NCBI GenBank assembly: GCA_965372095.1
Contig: CBDVAW010000001.1
Coordinates: 1 to 35,898, forward strand
DNA: 35,898 nt
DNA from: an uncultured bacterium
Lineage (GTDB): Bacteria > Patescibacteriota > Minisyncoccia > Minisyncoccales > CBDVAW01
Direction of reading: 5' to 3'
In this document: positions 22,776 to 32,392 of the stretch, in pieces
Layout: every line of letters starts with the position of its first letter
Numbering within the stretch: the first letter of the stretch is position 1
The notes under the pieces: model-generated
Told to the model about the DNA's origin: nothing
The model's database searches: none
What the model saw: only the letters and a program-made list of their open reading frames with translations
Position numbers and translations under genes: made by a program

Positions 22776-23303
22776 ATGGCATTAACCAAGGAACAAAAAG
22801 AAAAAACTTTAGAGGTATTAAAAGATAAAATAAATCGTCAAAAATCAATTACTTGCATTGGTTTTTCAGGAACAAATGTTAAAATTTTTACAGAATTAAG
22901 AAGGATATTAAAAGAACAGAAAGGAGAGATGTTGGTGGCGAAAAAGACTCTTATGAAATTAGCGTTGAAGGAAAAGTATCCGGATATGGCGGCAGAACTT
23001 GGCAATATCCACGGAGAAGTGGCCTTAGCTTTTGGTTTTGAAGACGCTTTAACCCCTATAAAATCAATTTATAAGATGTCAACCGCGAATAAGAGTATTG
23101 AGATATTGGCCGGGCTGTTTGACGATAAATTTATTACAAAAGAAGAAGTTATTGTTTTAGCCAAGTTACCTTCAAGAGAAGAGCTCTTGGTAAAATTAAT
23201 GGGGACTATGTCTGCTCCTTCAAGCAACCTTGTAAGAGTATTGTGCGGTAATTTAAGAGATTTGATTTCAATATTTAATAAAGTAACCTTAAGGAGTATA
23301 TAA
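22776..23303 (+). CDS. rplJ: 50S ribosomal protein L10
   Basis: MALTKEQKEKTLEVLKDKI....FSGTNVKIFTELRRILKE..GEMLVAKKTL. Located upstream of rplL. Confidence 0.85.
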   Translation: MALTKEQKEKTLEVLKDKINRQKSITCIGFSGTNVKIFTELRRILKEQKGEMLVAKKTLMKLALKEKYPDMAAELGNIHGEVALAFGFEDALTPIKSIYKMSTANKSIEILAGLFDDKFITKEEVIVLAKLPSREELLVKLMGTMSAPSSNLVRVLCGNLRDLISIFNKVTLRSI

Positions 23304-23356
23304 CTCATAATATATAACATATTGTTCCATATTATATTTCTATATTCTACAATTAT

Positions 23357-23932
23357 ATGAGCGAAGAAAAAAAAGAAGAGGTTAAGGAAGAAAAAAAGGA
23401 AGTAAAAAAAACTTCTGAAGATAAAAATCCTCAGCCTGAAGAAAAAAAGGAAGAGACCAAGGAAGAGCCTAAAAAAGAAGAGGTTAAGGAAGAAAAACCT
23501 AAAACCGTTAAAGAAACGGAGCCTGAAGAAGCTGAAGAAGTGGAAGTCCCAAAGAAATTTGTAAAGATAGTAGAAGAGATTGAGACAATGACAGTATTGG
23601 ATTTAGCGGAACTGGTTAAAATATTGGAAAAAAAGCTTGGGGTATCTGCCGCCATGGCGATTCCTATGGCTGTCGCTCCTACCGGTGATAATGCCGGCGC
23701 AGAAGATGAAAGCGCGGGTAAAAGCGCTTTCAATATTGAGTTGAAATCTGCCGGTGATAAGAAGATAGAAGTTATAAAAGCTGTTAGAGATATCACGGGC
23801 CAAGGGCTCAAAGAAGCTAAAGATATAGTGGACGGGATTCCGCATACTATTAAGGAAAACGTTCCGAAAGAAGAAGCGGAAGAAATTAAAAAGAAACTTG
23901 AAGCTGCGGGCGCCACAGTAGAATTAAGCTAA
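23357..23932 (+). CDS. rplL: 50S ribosomal protein L7/L12 with an N-terminal Lys/Glu-rich extension of about 65 aa
   Basis: Core [27 protein letters not shown] ... [51 protein letters not shown]. Confidence 0.9.
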   Translation: MSEEKKEEVKEEKKEVKKTSEDKNPQPEEKKEETKEEPKKEEVKEEKPKTVKETEPEEAEEVEVPKKFVKIVEEIETMTVLDLAELVKILEKKLGVSAAMAIPMAVAPTGDNAGAEDESAGKSAFNIELKSAGDKKIEVIKAVRDITGQGLKEAKDIVDGIPHTIKENVPKEEAEEIKKKLEAAGATVELS

Positions 23933-23942
23933 GCTATCCCAA

Positions 23943-23975
23943 ACTAAAACCCCCTGGAAAGGGGGTTTTAGTTTG
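23943..23975. terminator. bidirectional intrinsic terminator between convergent genes
   Basis: ctaaaaccccc-tggaaa-gggggttttag perfect 11-bp stem with flanking A/T runs. Confidence 0.7.
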
Positions 23976-23986
23976 GCAAGATTTTA

Positions 23987-25981
23987 CTATTCCACCTCTG
24001 TTTTCATTGGGAGATCAACTTCAATCCGGTAAACAAACTTTCCATTTAAAAGATAAATCTCTTTACCGTCTCTGGATATGACCATATCTTTTAAATTATC
24101 AAAATTTTGGCTTTGATATTGTTTAACAATCTTGCCGGCTTTGTCTAATATAACAATACGATTATTCGCCGGTTCTAAAATATAAAGATAGGGGAGTCCT
24201 GCGTAAGTTTTAATTTCAGTAAATTCAATCGGGAGCGGGAATAAGTCGAGGATAATGGTTTCCTGATGCAAACCAATGGAATAGCGGCTTATGCTATTAT
24301 CTCCGTTCAATGTCCAAATATTACCATCAATAGCGATTGATTTGGCTCCAGTCGGCTTTTTGGTCTGTTGTTTAAGCCAAATATTGCGAGTAAGAGTGTT
24401 GCTATCCTTAAAAAATCGGTATTTTATAATTTCTTCATTCTGGCTGTCTATAAAATAAAAATTGCTATTAAATACGCTCATATCAACAAAATTAAAATCC
24501 GGGGAGGGGGTTTCAAGCGTAACAGTCTCTTTAAACTGACCATTTTGAAGAAAGACTAAAAAGTTTGGTTGAGAAAAAAAGACTATGGATGAATTAATAT
24601 GATTAACTCCATAATCCAATATATGGTCACTGGCGATCAGTAGATCCTCTTCGCCGGATTTATGGAAAATATTTGTTGAGGAATCATATAGATATGGGAC
24701 ATCATCAACCATAATAAGTTTTTCGGGAACAAATATTTCACCTTCTGGGATTTGGGCAAATGACGCTTCAAGAATAGACGGGGGGTTGTCCAGCACTTCT
24801 ATTTTATGAAAATAAGCCAACTCGGACCAAATTAAGATTTGTAGTTCTTGCGCATCTTTTCGGAAATGAGATTCGGGCTCGGACAGAGGTTTAAGTTTTT
24901 CCCAGCATTCTTGAAAAATCTTGTCTGCTATGGGAGTTTGTTCATCAATGGCTAAATAATTTTGCGCTTCTCCAATTTTTTGCAGTACTTCCTCTAAAAC
25001 ATCTTTTTCTTTTTGCATTACCATTCTTTCATCTTGGCGAAACATAAAATTAGCGGCTATAAGCATTGAGATTAATATTAAAATAACAACAAAATTCTTT
25101 TTTCTGATTAAAAATCTAAACCAAAAAAATCTTTGTATAAGTTTATTGGACAGTTTTGTGATAATTGATTTGAAAAATAGAAGGGGTTTTATAGTAAAGA
25201 TTTTTCCGATAAATTTTCCGGGTCTTAAAAAAAGAGTGGAGAACGCAAAGGAAAAGGATTTTTTTGATTCGTCTCCAAAACTCAAAATTTCGGGTTTCTC
25301 TTCCAAAAACTCCGATTGCCCTAAAAAAAGCAACAAACAAGTGCCTGATATTTTAATAAGGCTGTCTTTGTGCGGTTTTAGTATATGATTAAGTGTTTTA
25401 TCGTTTATCTTTGTTGACTTGTTGATTTCATTAAGCAAACCTTTCTCAGTAAGATATTCATGGATATCCCCGGTTAGAATCAAAAGTTTATCGTTAGGAA
25501 CAAGTTTACCGGTGACAATATTACTAAAAACTTTTAACGGGTAAGGCTCTATGTCTTGAAACTCCAGATTTTGTCCAATATCCATTATCTCATCATTCCG
25601 CATTAATAAAATTTTAACATTTCCAACTCTGGTAAAATTCAAGAGAGAATTCTTATAATTTAATACTGCAAATCCTAAGTTGCCAAGCCATCCTACATTT
25701 CCTTCTTGGCTTAATTCCGATAGAGATTCATTAGCTGAATTAAGACTGCCTTTAAGAGCTTTTTCAGAGTCCGAATAACATGCTTTAAAAAATTCTTTTT
25801 TGATAATTGACGAAAGATTATCCAAAAAACGGTCATTTTGGGGTAGGTTATTTGTTAATTGTCCAACCATATATAAGGATCCGAGATTTTTTTCTGTGGC
25901 ATTTTCCGGCTCATAAACAAAACTGTCAAATAAATACTTATCCTGCTTCTTGGAACTAAAATGTAATTCAAATATTTTCAT
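23987..25981 (-). CDS. membrane protein with a PP2C/SpoIIE-like N-terminal domain (weak call), a central TM helix and a beta-propeller-like C-terminal domain
   Basis: 664-aa ORF. N-terminal ..GSLYMVGQL..NLGFAVLNYKNSLLNFTRVGNVKILLMRN..LILTGDI resembles degenerate PPM-fold strands. TM helix FVVILILISMLIAANFMF. The C-terminus has repeated strand patterns (IAIDGNIW, LYILEPANNRIVILDKAG, DMVISRDGKEIYLL). Confidence 0.55.
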   Translation of the reverse strand: MKIFELHFSSKKQDKYLFDSFVYEPENATEKNLGSLYMVGQLTNNLPQNDRFLDNLSSIIKKEFFKACYSDSEKALKGSLNSANESLSELSQEGNVGWLGNLGFAVLNYKNSLLNFTRVGNVKILLMRNDEIMDIGQNLEFQDIEPYPLKVFSNIVTGKLVPNDKLLILTGDIHEYLTEKGLLNEINKSTKINDKTLNHILKPHKDSLIKISGTCLLLFLGQSEFLEEKPEILSFGDESKKSFSFAFSTLFLRPGKFIGKIFTIKPLLFFKSIITKLSNKLIQRFFWFRFLIRKKNFVVILILISMLIAANFMFRQDERMVMQKEKDVLEEVLQKIGEAQNYLAIDEQTPIADKIFQECWEKLKPLSEPESHFRKDAQELQILIWSELAYFHKIEVLDNPPSILEASFAQIPEGEIFVPEKLIMVDDVPYLYDSSTNIFHKSGEEDLLIASDHILDYGVNHINSSIVFFSQPNFLVFLQNGQFKETVTLETPSPDFNFVDMSVFNSNFYFIDSQNEEIIKYRFFKDSNTLTRNIWLKQQTKKPTGAKSIAIDGNIWTLNGDNSISRYSIGLHQETIILDLFPLPIEFTEIKTYAGLPYLYILEPANNRIVILDKAGKIVKQYQSQNFDNLKDMVISRDGKEIYLLNGKFVYRIEVDLPMKTEVE

Positions 25982-26142
25982 ATTATTATTTTCTATTGCG
26001 GAAGCTTCCTACAATAAAAATACTTAAGATAAAACAATATTATATATTCTTTCCGATAATTCTATTATAGTTTCTTTCCCTTACAAGAACAATCCTGATT
26101 TACACACACTTAAAAATCTGATATTTTAAAGTAAAAGAATAT

Positions 26143-26216
26143 GGACGGTTAGCTCAGTTGGCCAGAGCGCGTCGTTCACATCGACGAGGCCACAGGTTCA
26201 AGTCCTGTACCGTCCA
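26143..26216 (+). tRNA. tRNA-Val (anticodon CAC)
   Basis: Manual cloverleaf: acceptor ggacggt/accgtcc, anticodon arm cgtcg-ttCACat-cgacg, T arm acagg-ttcaagt-cctgt. Confidence 0.85.
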
Positions 26217-26250
26217 CTGTTTTTGTCAAATATTTAAATAGTGAACCATT

Positions 26251-27120
26251 ATGAACAACGCCGACCTGCACACACATTCGCATTATTCGTCAGACAGCGA
26301 TATTTCTCCAACACAATTAATAACTGAAGCCAAAAAAGCGGGCTTAAAATATATCGCTCTCACAGATCATGATTCAGTCAATGGTATTGATGAATTTTTA
26401 AATGCCGGGAAAAAATATAATATTGAAACTATCCCCGGGATAGAAATTCACTCTGAATTTGGGGAAGTGCTGGGATATTTTATTGATCATAAGAATAAAG
26501 ACTTAGTTGCTTTATGCGAAAGAAACAAAAAAGCGGTAAACGAACGAGCGCTGAAAATAATTAAAAAATTATCCCGAGACGGATATGTTTTAGATCCTGG
26601 AGAAATAAAGAGAAAACACAATAAAAAAATATTGGAGCGTCCTCTGATAGCTATGGAGATGGTGGATAAAGGGTTTACAAAATCGTTCGGAACCGCTTTT
26701 AGCGATTTTTTAACAAAAGGAAAAAAATATTATATAGATACCGATTTATTAAGCACCGCTAAAGTTATAAAAATTATTACTTCTGCGAGGGGGCTGGCCG
26801 TGTTGGCTCATCCTTATTATGAGGACTATGCTTCCGAATTTAAAAATATTAAAAAACTCATTCAAGCAGGGTTGGTTGGTATGGAATGCCCGGATTTAGC
26901 CGATTTAACCTCTGAAAATTTTAAAAAAGCAAAAAATTATAAAGAAATAGTCGAGGTAATCAAAAAAATTAAAACAGTTGCTCAAAGGCATAGTTTGATT
27001 TTAACCAGCGGATCAGACTATCATGGCTCCATACATCCACATAACAGACTTGGCGATAAAAATTGTAATGAGTCGGTGATTATTGATTTAAAAAAACGTT
27101 TAATAAAAAACAAATTATGA
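26251..27120 (+). CDS. PHP-domain metal-dependent phosphoesterase
   Basis: ADLHTHSHYSSDS, IALTDHDS, GIEIHS, VLAHP and SGSDYHG are PHP motifs. Confidence 0.8.
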   Translation: MNNADLHTHSHYSSDSDISPTQLITEAKKAGLKYIALTDHDSVNGIDEFLNAGKKYNIETIPGIEIHSEFGEVLGYFIDHKNKDLVALCERNKKAVNERALKIIKKLSRDGYVLDPGEIKRKHNKKILERPLIAMEMVDKGFTKSFGTAFSDFLTKGKKYYIDTDLLSTAKVIKIITSARGLAVLAHPYYEDYASEFKNIKKLIQAGLVGMECPDLADLTSENFKKAKNYKEIVEVIKKIKTVAQRHSLILTSGSDYHGSIHPHNRLGDKNCNESVIIDLKKRLIKNKL

Positions 27121-28976
27121 ATTTTAATATAGCTTCCATTGTGCGAATAGCCAAAGGTATGAAGTTGGCTATAAAGCGGTTTTCTTTGGCAATGTTGTCA
27201 GCATCAATAGGAACAGTAATAGGTATCATATTGCTGCATGCGGAAGAACCTTTATTTTATCCGAATATGCTTTTAACATTAGCTTTGGCGTTTCCTCTTT
27301 TTATCGCCATAGTGCTTTTTGAAGAACAAAAATCGTGGTCGTCCCGGGCAAAAGTCATTGCCAATAGCGTAGCGGTCGCTTGCTTAATAATTTATTATTC
27401 ACTTCTTCCAAAGAATATTTTTTGGGCGGAACAAATGTTTATTATCCGTTATATAATGTGGGCTGTCGGCTTTATACTTCTTGTCACTTTTGTGCCGTTT
27501 TTAAAGAAAAATAAAGAGAGAGCAACCATTTTATTTTGGCAATATAATAGGATACTATTTTTTTCAATAGCCCTTACCGTGCTTTGGGCAATGACTATAT
27601 ATGTTGGTCTGTCAATTGCCATGGCATCAATTGATTTTCTTTTCAATATCAATATAGACACTGAAAGATATATGGAGCTTTGGATTATTGTTGCGGGACT
27701 GTTCGGCACCACCTTTTTTCTTTCCAGAATTCCTAAAAATACTCAAGATACCCGAGACATAGAAACATATCCAAAAGAATTGCGGCTATTTTCTCAATAC
27801 GTACTCGTTCCATTGGTAGCAATTTACTTTCTTATTTTATACGCTTATGTGGTAAAAATATTTATCATATGGGAATGGCCTGAAGGAGTATTGGCATATA
27901 TGATTCTCGGATTTTCTTTTTTAGGCGTGCTCACATATATAAGCCTGTACCCGCTTAGAGATAAATATTTATGGGTGCGAAAAGCGGGCAATATATTTTA
28001 TATCGTTCTTATACCTCAAATAGGAATGCTTTTTTGGGCGCTCTGGCTCCGGATTTCTCAATACGCAATCACGGAAAATCGCTATTTTGTTTTTGTTTTT
28101 GGATTATGGCTCTTGGGGATAACAATATATTTTTTAATAAGCAAAAGAAAAGATATTCGCATTATTCCCGTTACCATTTTTGCAATTGCTTTTATTTCTT
28201 CTTTCGGTCCATGGGGAGCGTTCACAATATCAGAAAAAAGCCAATGTAACCGCCTTGAAAAACTGCTTATAGAGAATAATCTGTTGATTGATGGCACAAT
28301 TCGGAAATCAACTGAAGAAGTGTCATCCAAAGACAAAAAAGAGATTAGCGCCATTATCAGGTATCTTAACCGAGTGCACGGTTTCGACAGCATTCAACCA
28401 TGGTTTAATGAAAGTCTTACGGTTTTAGAATCGGAGGAAGAAGATCAACAATCCATATATGACAGAAGAACTTACAATTCTTACATATTGCCGAAAAAGA
28501 TAGTGGAAGGATTAATTGGGGTTGATTATATTGAACAGTGGGAGATGTCAGATAGCAAAGATCAATATTTTTATTTATATGTTGATTACCTCCAATCGGA
28601 GCAGCTGCTTGATATTTCACAATATGATTATATGGTGATGTTTAACAATATTCCGATTCCGGGGATGTCTCCAAAGAATAATATTGTTACAATAAATAAC
28701 GATATTTACCGATTTAAGATTGAAAATGATAACGATTTCATTGTTTTTAAGAATGATAATATTATTGCAAAAATATCCTTGAAAAACTTTTTGGAGGAAT
28801 GTCTTAAGCAGGAAAGCCGAGAACCCCTGGATCGTGATGATATGAAAATAGAATTTAGCAACGAAAATATTTCTTTCGCTCTTTATTTTGACAACATCAA
28901 CGGTGAAAGAAAAGAGAATAATATATATAAAATTCAATCAGTGGGCGCGAAACTGTTATTTTCTTTGAAGCAATAA
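27117..28976 (+). CDS. polytopic membrane protein with a C-terminal soluble domain (the architecture reminds me of DUF4153)
   Basis: 619-aa ORF with about 10 hydrophobic helices in the first 370 aa. ATGA overlap with the PHP gene. The family assignment comes from memory only. Confidence 0.6.
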   Translation: MNFNIASIVRIAKGMKLAIKRFSLAMLSASIGTVIGIILLHAEEPLFYPNMLLTLALAFPLFIAIVLFEEQKSWSSRAKVIANSVAVACLIIYYSLLPKNIFWAEQMFIIRYIMWAVGFILLVTFVPFLKKNKERATILFWQYNRILFFSIALTVLWAMTIYVGLSIAMASIDFLFNINIDTERYMELWIIVAGLFGTTFFLSRIPKNTQDTRDIETYPKELRLFSQYVLVPLVAIYFLILYAYVVKIFIIWEWPEGVLAYMILGFSFLGVLTYISLYPLRDKYLWVRKAGNIFYIVLIPQIGMLFWALWLRISQYAITENRYFVFVFGLWLLGITIYFLISKRKDIRIIPVTIFAIAFISSFGPWGAFTISEKSQCNRLEKLLIENNLLIDGTIRKSTEEVSSKDKKEISAIIRYLNRVHGFDSIQPWFNESLTVLESEEEDQQSIYDRRTYNSYILPKKIVEGLIGVDYIEQWEMSDSKDQYFYLYVDYLQSEQLLDISQYDYMVMFNNIPIPGMSPKNNIVTINNDIYRFKIENDNDFIVFKNDNIIAKISLKNFLEECLKQESREPLDRDDMKIEFSNENISFALYFDNINGERKENNIYKIQSVGAKLLFSLKQ

Positions 28977-29036
28977 ATCTTTTCGCAATAATAGGCGCGC
29001 GGACATATGACAGCCTGCAAAATTTTTTATATTATA

Positions 29037-29045
29037 TGCTATAAT
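29037..29045 (+). promoter_or_regulatory. extended -10 element (TGcTATAAT)
   Basis: tgctataat lies about 40 nt upstream of ATG 29084. Confidence 0.35.
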
Positions 29046-29083
29046 GCAAACAATATTTATTTTATAGCGCTAAACAAGGTAAA

Positions 29084-29497
29084 ATGACTAAATTTTCCCG
29101 CAATATCTTAATCCAATTTACAAGCTGGTACTTGCTGGAGCAACCAAGGGATATTCTAAAAGCCTGTGGAAATTTTCTTAGATTTAACTTTAATTATTGG
29201 TCAATACCTTTGCTCTTGAAAACTCTTTTTTCTTATTGGCGGCGCTATAGCTATTCATATGGTAAAGGGTTTAGCATAACAAGATATTTTGAAGCTTTTA
29301 CATTTAACGCTATGTCCCGCATATTGGGGATGTTAATAAGAATTATTGTCATTACTATTGGTGTTTTGTCAGAAATTCTATTAACAATAGTGGCTGTATT
29401 GGTATTCTTGGGATGGTTTATACTGCCGGTCATAATAGTCGGCGGTTTTTGTTTTGGTCTTAAGACCCTACATCTTGGTTTATTAGATTTGTTGTAA
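29084..29497 (+). CDS. small membrane protein
   Basis: 137-aa ORF. C-terminal half is hydrophobic (ILGMLIRIIVITIGVLSEILLTIVAVLVFLGWFILPVIIVGGFCF). Ends 8 bp upstream of the Clp-like gene. Confidence 0.5.
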   Translation: MTKFSRNILIQFTSWYLLEQPRDILKACGNFLRFNFNYWSIPLLLKTLFSYWRRYSYSYGKGFSITRYFEAFTFNAMSRILGMLIRIIVITIGVLSEILLTIVAVLVFLGWFILPVIIVGGFCFGLKTLHLGLLDLL

Positions 29498-29504
29498 TAT
29501 TAAA

Positions 29505-32129
29505 ATGAATAAAAGAGAATTTAATTTTTATATCAAAAAAGCTCCAATCTATCGGGCAATAAGATGGGAAAAATATTTTCCCGTTGATCTCTTGCTGTTT
29601 CTTAGAAAAACATTTGCTTTTTCTTTTCTTTTTACATTATTTTTGTTTTTATTCCTTCCGCTTGGTGAGATTATCAATATGGGAGCCCTTTCAGCTCTAC
29701 TCGGACTCGCCATAATCTTTTTGACATTATTTTCGGTCGTTGCCATATTACAAGGATTTTTTAATAGAAAACTTAAAAATCCCGCGAACACAGTGGCCTT
29801 AGATGAAGTGCTTGATTATCCTCATCATTTTAATTTAGTTGAATTCCTTGATTTTGAAACCGCAAAGGCCGTTTCAAGGTCTATTCAATACGCGCAGTCT
29901 AAAAGAATTGGCACAATCAACTCCCTTATCCTTCTTTATTTCATACTTGAAGACAACCCAAAACTAAATTTCATATTTTACAGAGCTAATCTGGATTTGG
30001 GGAAAATAAAAAAATCAGCGTTCCGGATATTAAAAGATCTGGAAGCTAAAAAGAAAAAAACCAAAAAAGGGGGGACAACAAGGGGGAGAAAAGCGCCAAA
30101 AGATAGATTCTCCAAGGCTTTCCAAGATATTATATTCAACTCTTTTCAAGTGGCCAGCGAAAAGGGTAAAACAAAAGTCGGGTTGGGAGATATTTTAATA
30201 AGTTTCTCCTGTCAGCATCCGTTTTTCCAAAAAATATTAATTGAAGAGGATCTTCGTGATGAAGATATTGAGAATTTAGTCTGGTGGCTGGAATCTTTGG
30301 AAAGAAAAATCGCCGAAGCAAAAGAGTGGTGGGAATATAAAAACTTAATGAGGCGGAACACTTTAGCAAGGCAGTGGACTGCCGGTTATACTTTAACCCT
30401 GGATAAATACTCCATTGACTGGACAGAAGTTATTAAAAAGAGAAATTTTGAGGAAATTATCGGACATTGGCAAGAGTTAAAAACCGTGGAAAGAATATTA
30501 GACAGACAGGAGATAAATAATGTTCTGCTTGTTGGAGAGCCCGGTGTCGGTAAAAAAAGCATTGTTCACGCCCTAGCTATAAAAAGCTTCTTTGGCACCA
30601 GCTTGAAATCCATAAACCATAAAAGGGTGATTGAACTTGACATAGTCAGCCTGATCGCGCAGTTAGACAATAAAGACGAGGTAGAACTGGTTTTAGACCA
30701 GATTTTTCAAGAAGTCCTAACCGCAGGCAATATTATATTAGTCATTGACGAATTTCATAATTATGTTGGGGGAGCCGCAAGACCCGGTATAGTTGATATT
30801 TCGGGAGTATTGGCGCGTTACTTAAGACTTCCGCAATTCCAAATTGTCAGCATAACGAGTTATGTCGGATTGCATAAATATATAGAGCTTAATCCTTCTA
30901 TGAGATCATTTTTTGAAAAAGTGGAAGTGTCTGAACTGTCTCCCAAAGAAACGGTAATGGTCTTGGAGAACCTGGTCCCCTCATGGGAAAGAAAATATAA
31001 AAGATCCATTACTTATCCCGCTATTAAAAAAACCGTTTCTTATTCTGTCCGTTATATACAAAATATTCCTTTGCCCAAGAAAGCGGTTGATTTGATGGAC
31101 GAAGTAATGGTATATGCCGCTCGTTATACCAAGAGCAAGATGGTTGTTCCCAAGCATGTAGCTAAAATCGTTTCAGAAAAAACACAAATACCGGTAGGAG
31201 AGGTTGAAATTAAAGAGAGGGAAATGCTCCTTAATTTGGAAGAATTAATTCACCAAAGGATAATTAACCAAAACGAAGCTGTCAAAGAAATCTCTTCCTC
31301 TCTAAGGAGAGCAAGAACAGAGGTATCTGTCCGTAAAGGACCTATGGGCACATTTTTATTTCTCGGCCCGACAGGTGTAGGGAAGACCGAGACTGCCAAG
31401 TCTCTGACGGAAATTTATTTTGGTTCGGAAAGCCGAATAATAAGGCTTGATATGTCGGAGTTCCAAAGCATCCAAGATATCCCAAGACTTATTGGCGCGG
31501 TAGGGCAGGAAGGACTTTTAACCACGCAAGTCAGGGAAAATCCTTTTTCTTTGATCCTTTTGGACGAAATAGAAAAAGCCAACCCAAATATTCTTAATCT
31601 GTTTCTTCAAGTTTTAGACGAAGGCCATATTACTGATGGTTTAGGCAGAAAAGTCAGTTTTGTGGATACCATTATTATTGCTACCAGTAACGCGGGTTAC
31701 AAAATTATCTTGGAAACTATAAAGAAAAAATTAAAATTCTCAAAAATAAAAAAACAGCTTTTAGACTATCTTTTTGCCCAAGGAATATTCAGGCCGGAAT
31801 TTCTTAACCGTTTTGACAGTATAGTTCTTTTTCAACCCTTGAGTGAAGACAATCTTATTGATATTGCTCAACTAATGCTTAATAAAATAAGAAAAAATCT
31901 TGAGGAGAAAAATATAGAATTAGTTATTACCGAAGCTATGAAAAAGAAAGTCGTGAAGATGGGATATAATCCTCTTTTTGGAGCCAGAGACCTAAAGAGA
32001 GCGATTCAAGATAATATAGAAAATGTTTTAGCTGAAGCCTTGTTGAGTGGAAAATTAATAAGAGGGCAAAGGGCAATACTGGAACCCTCTCCGGAAGGAT
32101 TTAAACTTACTACAGAATCAAGACTGTAA
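29505..32129 (+). CDS. membrane-anchored double-AAA+ Clp/Hsp100-family ATPase (ClpA/C-like, no long M-domain)
   Basis: Two N-terminal TM helices. Clp_N-like repeats. D1 has P-loop GEPGVGKKS and Walker B ILVIDEFH. D2 has P-loop GPTGVGKTE, Walker B LILLDEIEKA and sensor GARDLKRAIQ. Confidence 0.85.
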   Translation: MNKREFNFYIKKAPIYRAIRWEKYFPVDLLLFLRKTFAFSFLFTLFLFLFLPLGEIINMGALSALLGLAIIFLTLFSVVAILQGFFNRKLKNPANTVALDEVLDYPHHFNLVEFLDFETAKAVSRSIQYAQSKRIGTINSLILLYFILEDNPKLNFIFYRANLDLGKIKKSAFRILKDLEAKKKKTKKGGTTRGRKAPKDRFSKAFQDIIFNSFQVASEKGKTKVGLGDILISFSCQHPFFQKILIEEDLRDEDIENLVWWLESLERKIAEAKEWWEYKNLMRRNTLARQWTAGYTLTLDKYSIDWTEVIKKRNFEEIIGHWQELKTVERILDRQEINNVLLVGEPGVGKKSIVHALAIKSFFGTSLKSINHKRVIELDIVSLIAQLDNKDEVELVLDQIFQEVLTAGNIILVIDEFHNYVGGAARPGIVDISGVLARYLRLPQFQIVSITSYVGLHKYIELNPSMRSFFEKVEVSELSPKETVMVLENLVPSWERKYKRSITYPAIKKTVSYSVRYIQNIPLPKKAVDLMDEVMVYAARYTKSKMVVPKHVAKIVSEKTQIPVGEVEIKEREMLLNLEELIHQRIINQNEAVKEISSSLRRARTEVSVRKGPMGTFLFLGPTGVGKTETAKSLTEIYFGSESRIIRLDMSEFQSIQDIPRLIGAVGQEGLLTTQVRENPFSLILLDEIEKANPNILNLFLQVLDEGHITDGLGRKVSFVDTIIIATSNAGYKIILETIKKKLKFSKIKKQLLDYLFAQGIFRPEFLNRFDSIVLFQPLSEDNLIDIAQLMLNKIRKNLEEKNIELVITEAMKKKVVKMGYNPLFGARDLKRAIQDNIENVLAEALLSGKLIRGQRAILEPSPEGFKLTTESRL

Positions 32130-32222
32130 AAGCCAGAATTTATTTAAATTTTAAAAAAGAATTTCTTTATACTTTTCAAATGTAATTTTATTATAAACAT
32201 CCAAAATACGATTAGACCGCAG

Positions 32223-32248
32223 AAACAGCCTTAAAAGGCTGTTTTTAA
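32223..32248 (+). terminator. intrinsic terminator after the Clp-like gene
   Basis: aaacagcc-ttaaaa-ggctgttt followed by tt(a)at. Confidence 0.6.
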
Positions 32249-32300
32249 TATGTCGTTTCCTCTGTGGATAAAGTGTGGAAAAACTCGGTGGTTCTTAGTG

Positions 32301-32330
32301 TTGACCAAATACCATAAAGTGGGATATATT
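32301..32330 (+). promoter_or_regulatory. candidate dcw/mraZ promoter
   Basis: TTGACC, a 17/18-nt spacer, then ATATAT/TATATT, about 65 nt upstream of mraZ. Confidence 0.4.
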
Positions 32331-32348
32331 AACTATGTAATGGATAAT

Positions 32349-32378
32349 TGTGGAAAAAGGTGGGATAAGTCATTAAAT
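32349..32378 (+). promoter_or_regulatory. candidate MraZ operator: three TGG(A/G)(A/T) boxes with 10-bp phasing
   Basis: TGGAT at 32351, TGGAA at 32361 and TGGGA at 32371. A second set (GTGGA 32264, GTGGA 32275, GGTGG 32287) lies upstream. Confidence 0.45.
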
Positions 32379-32392
32379 CTGGGGATAACACA

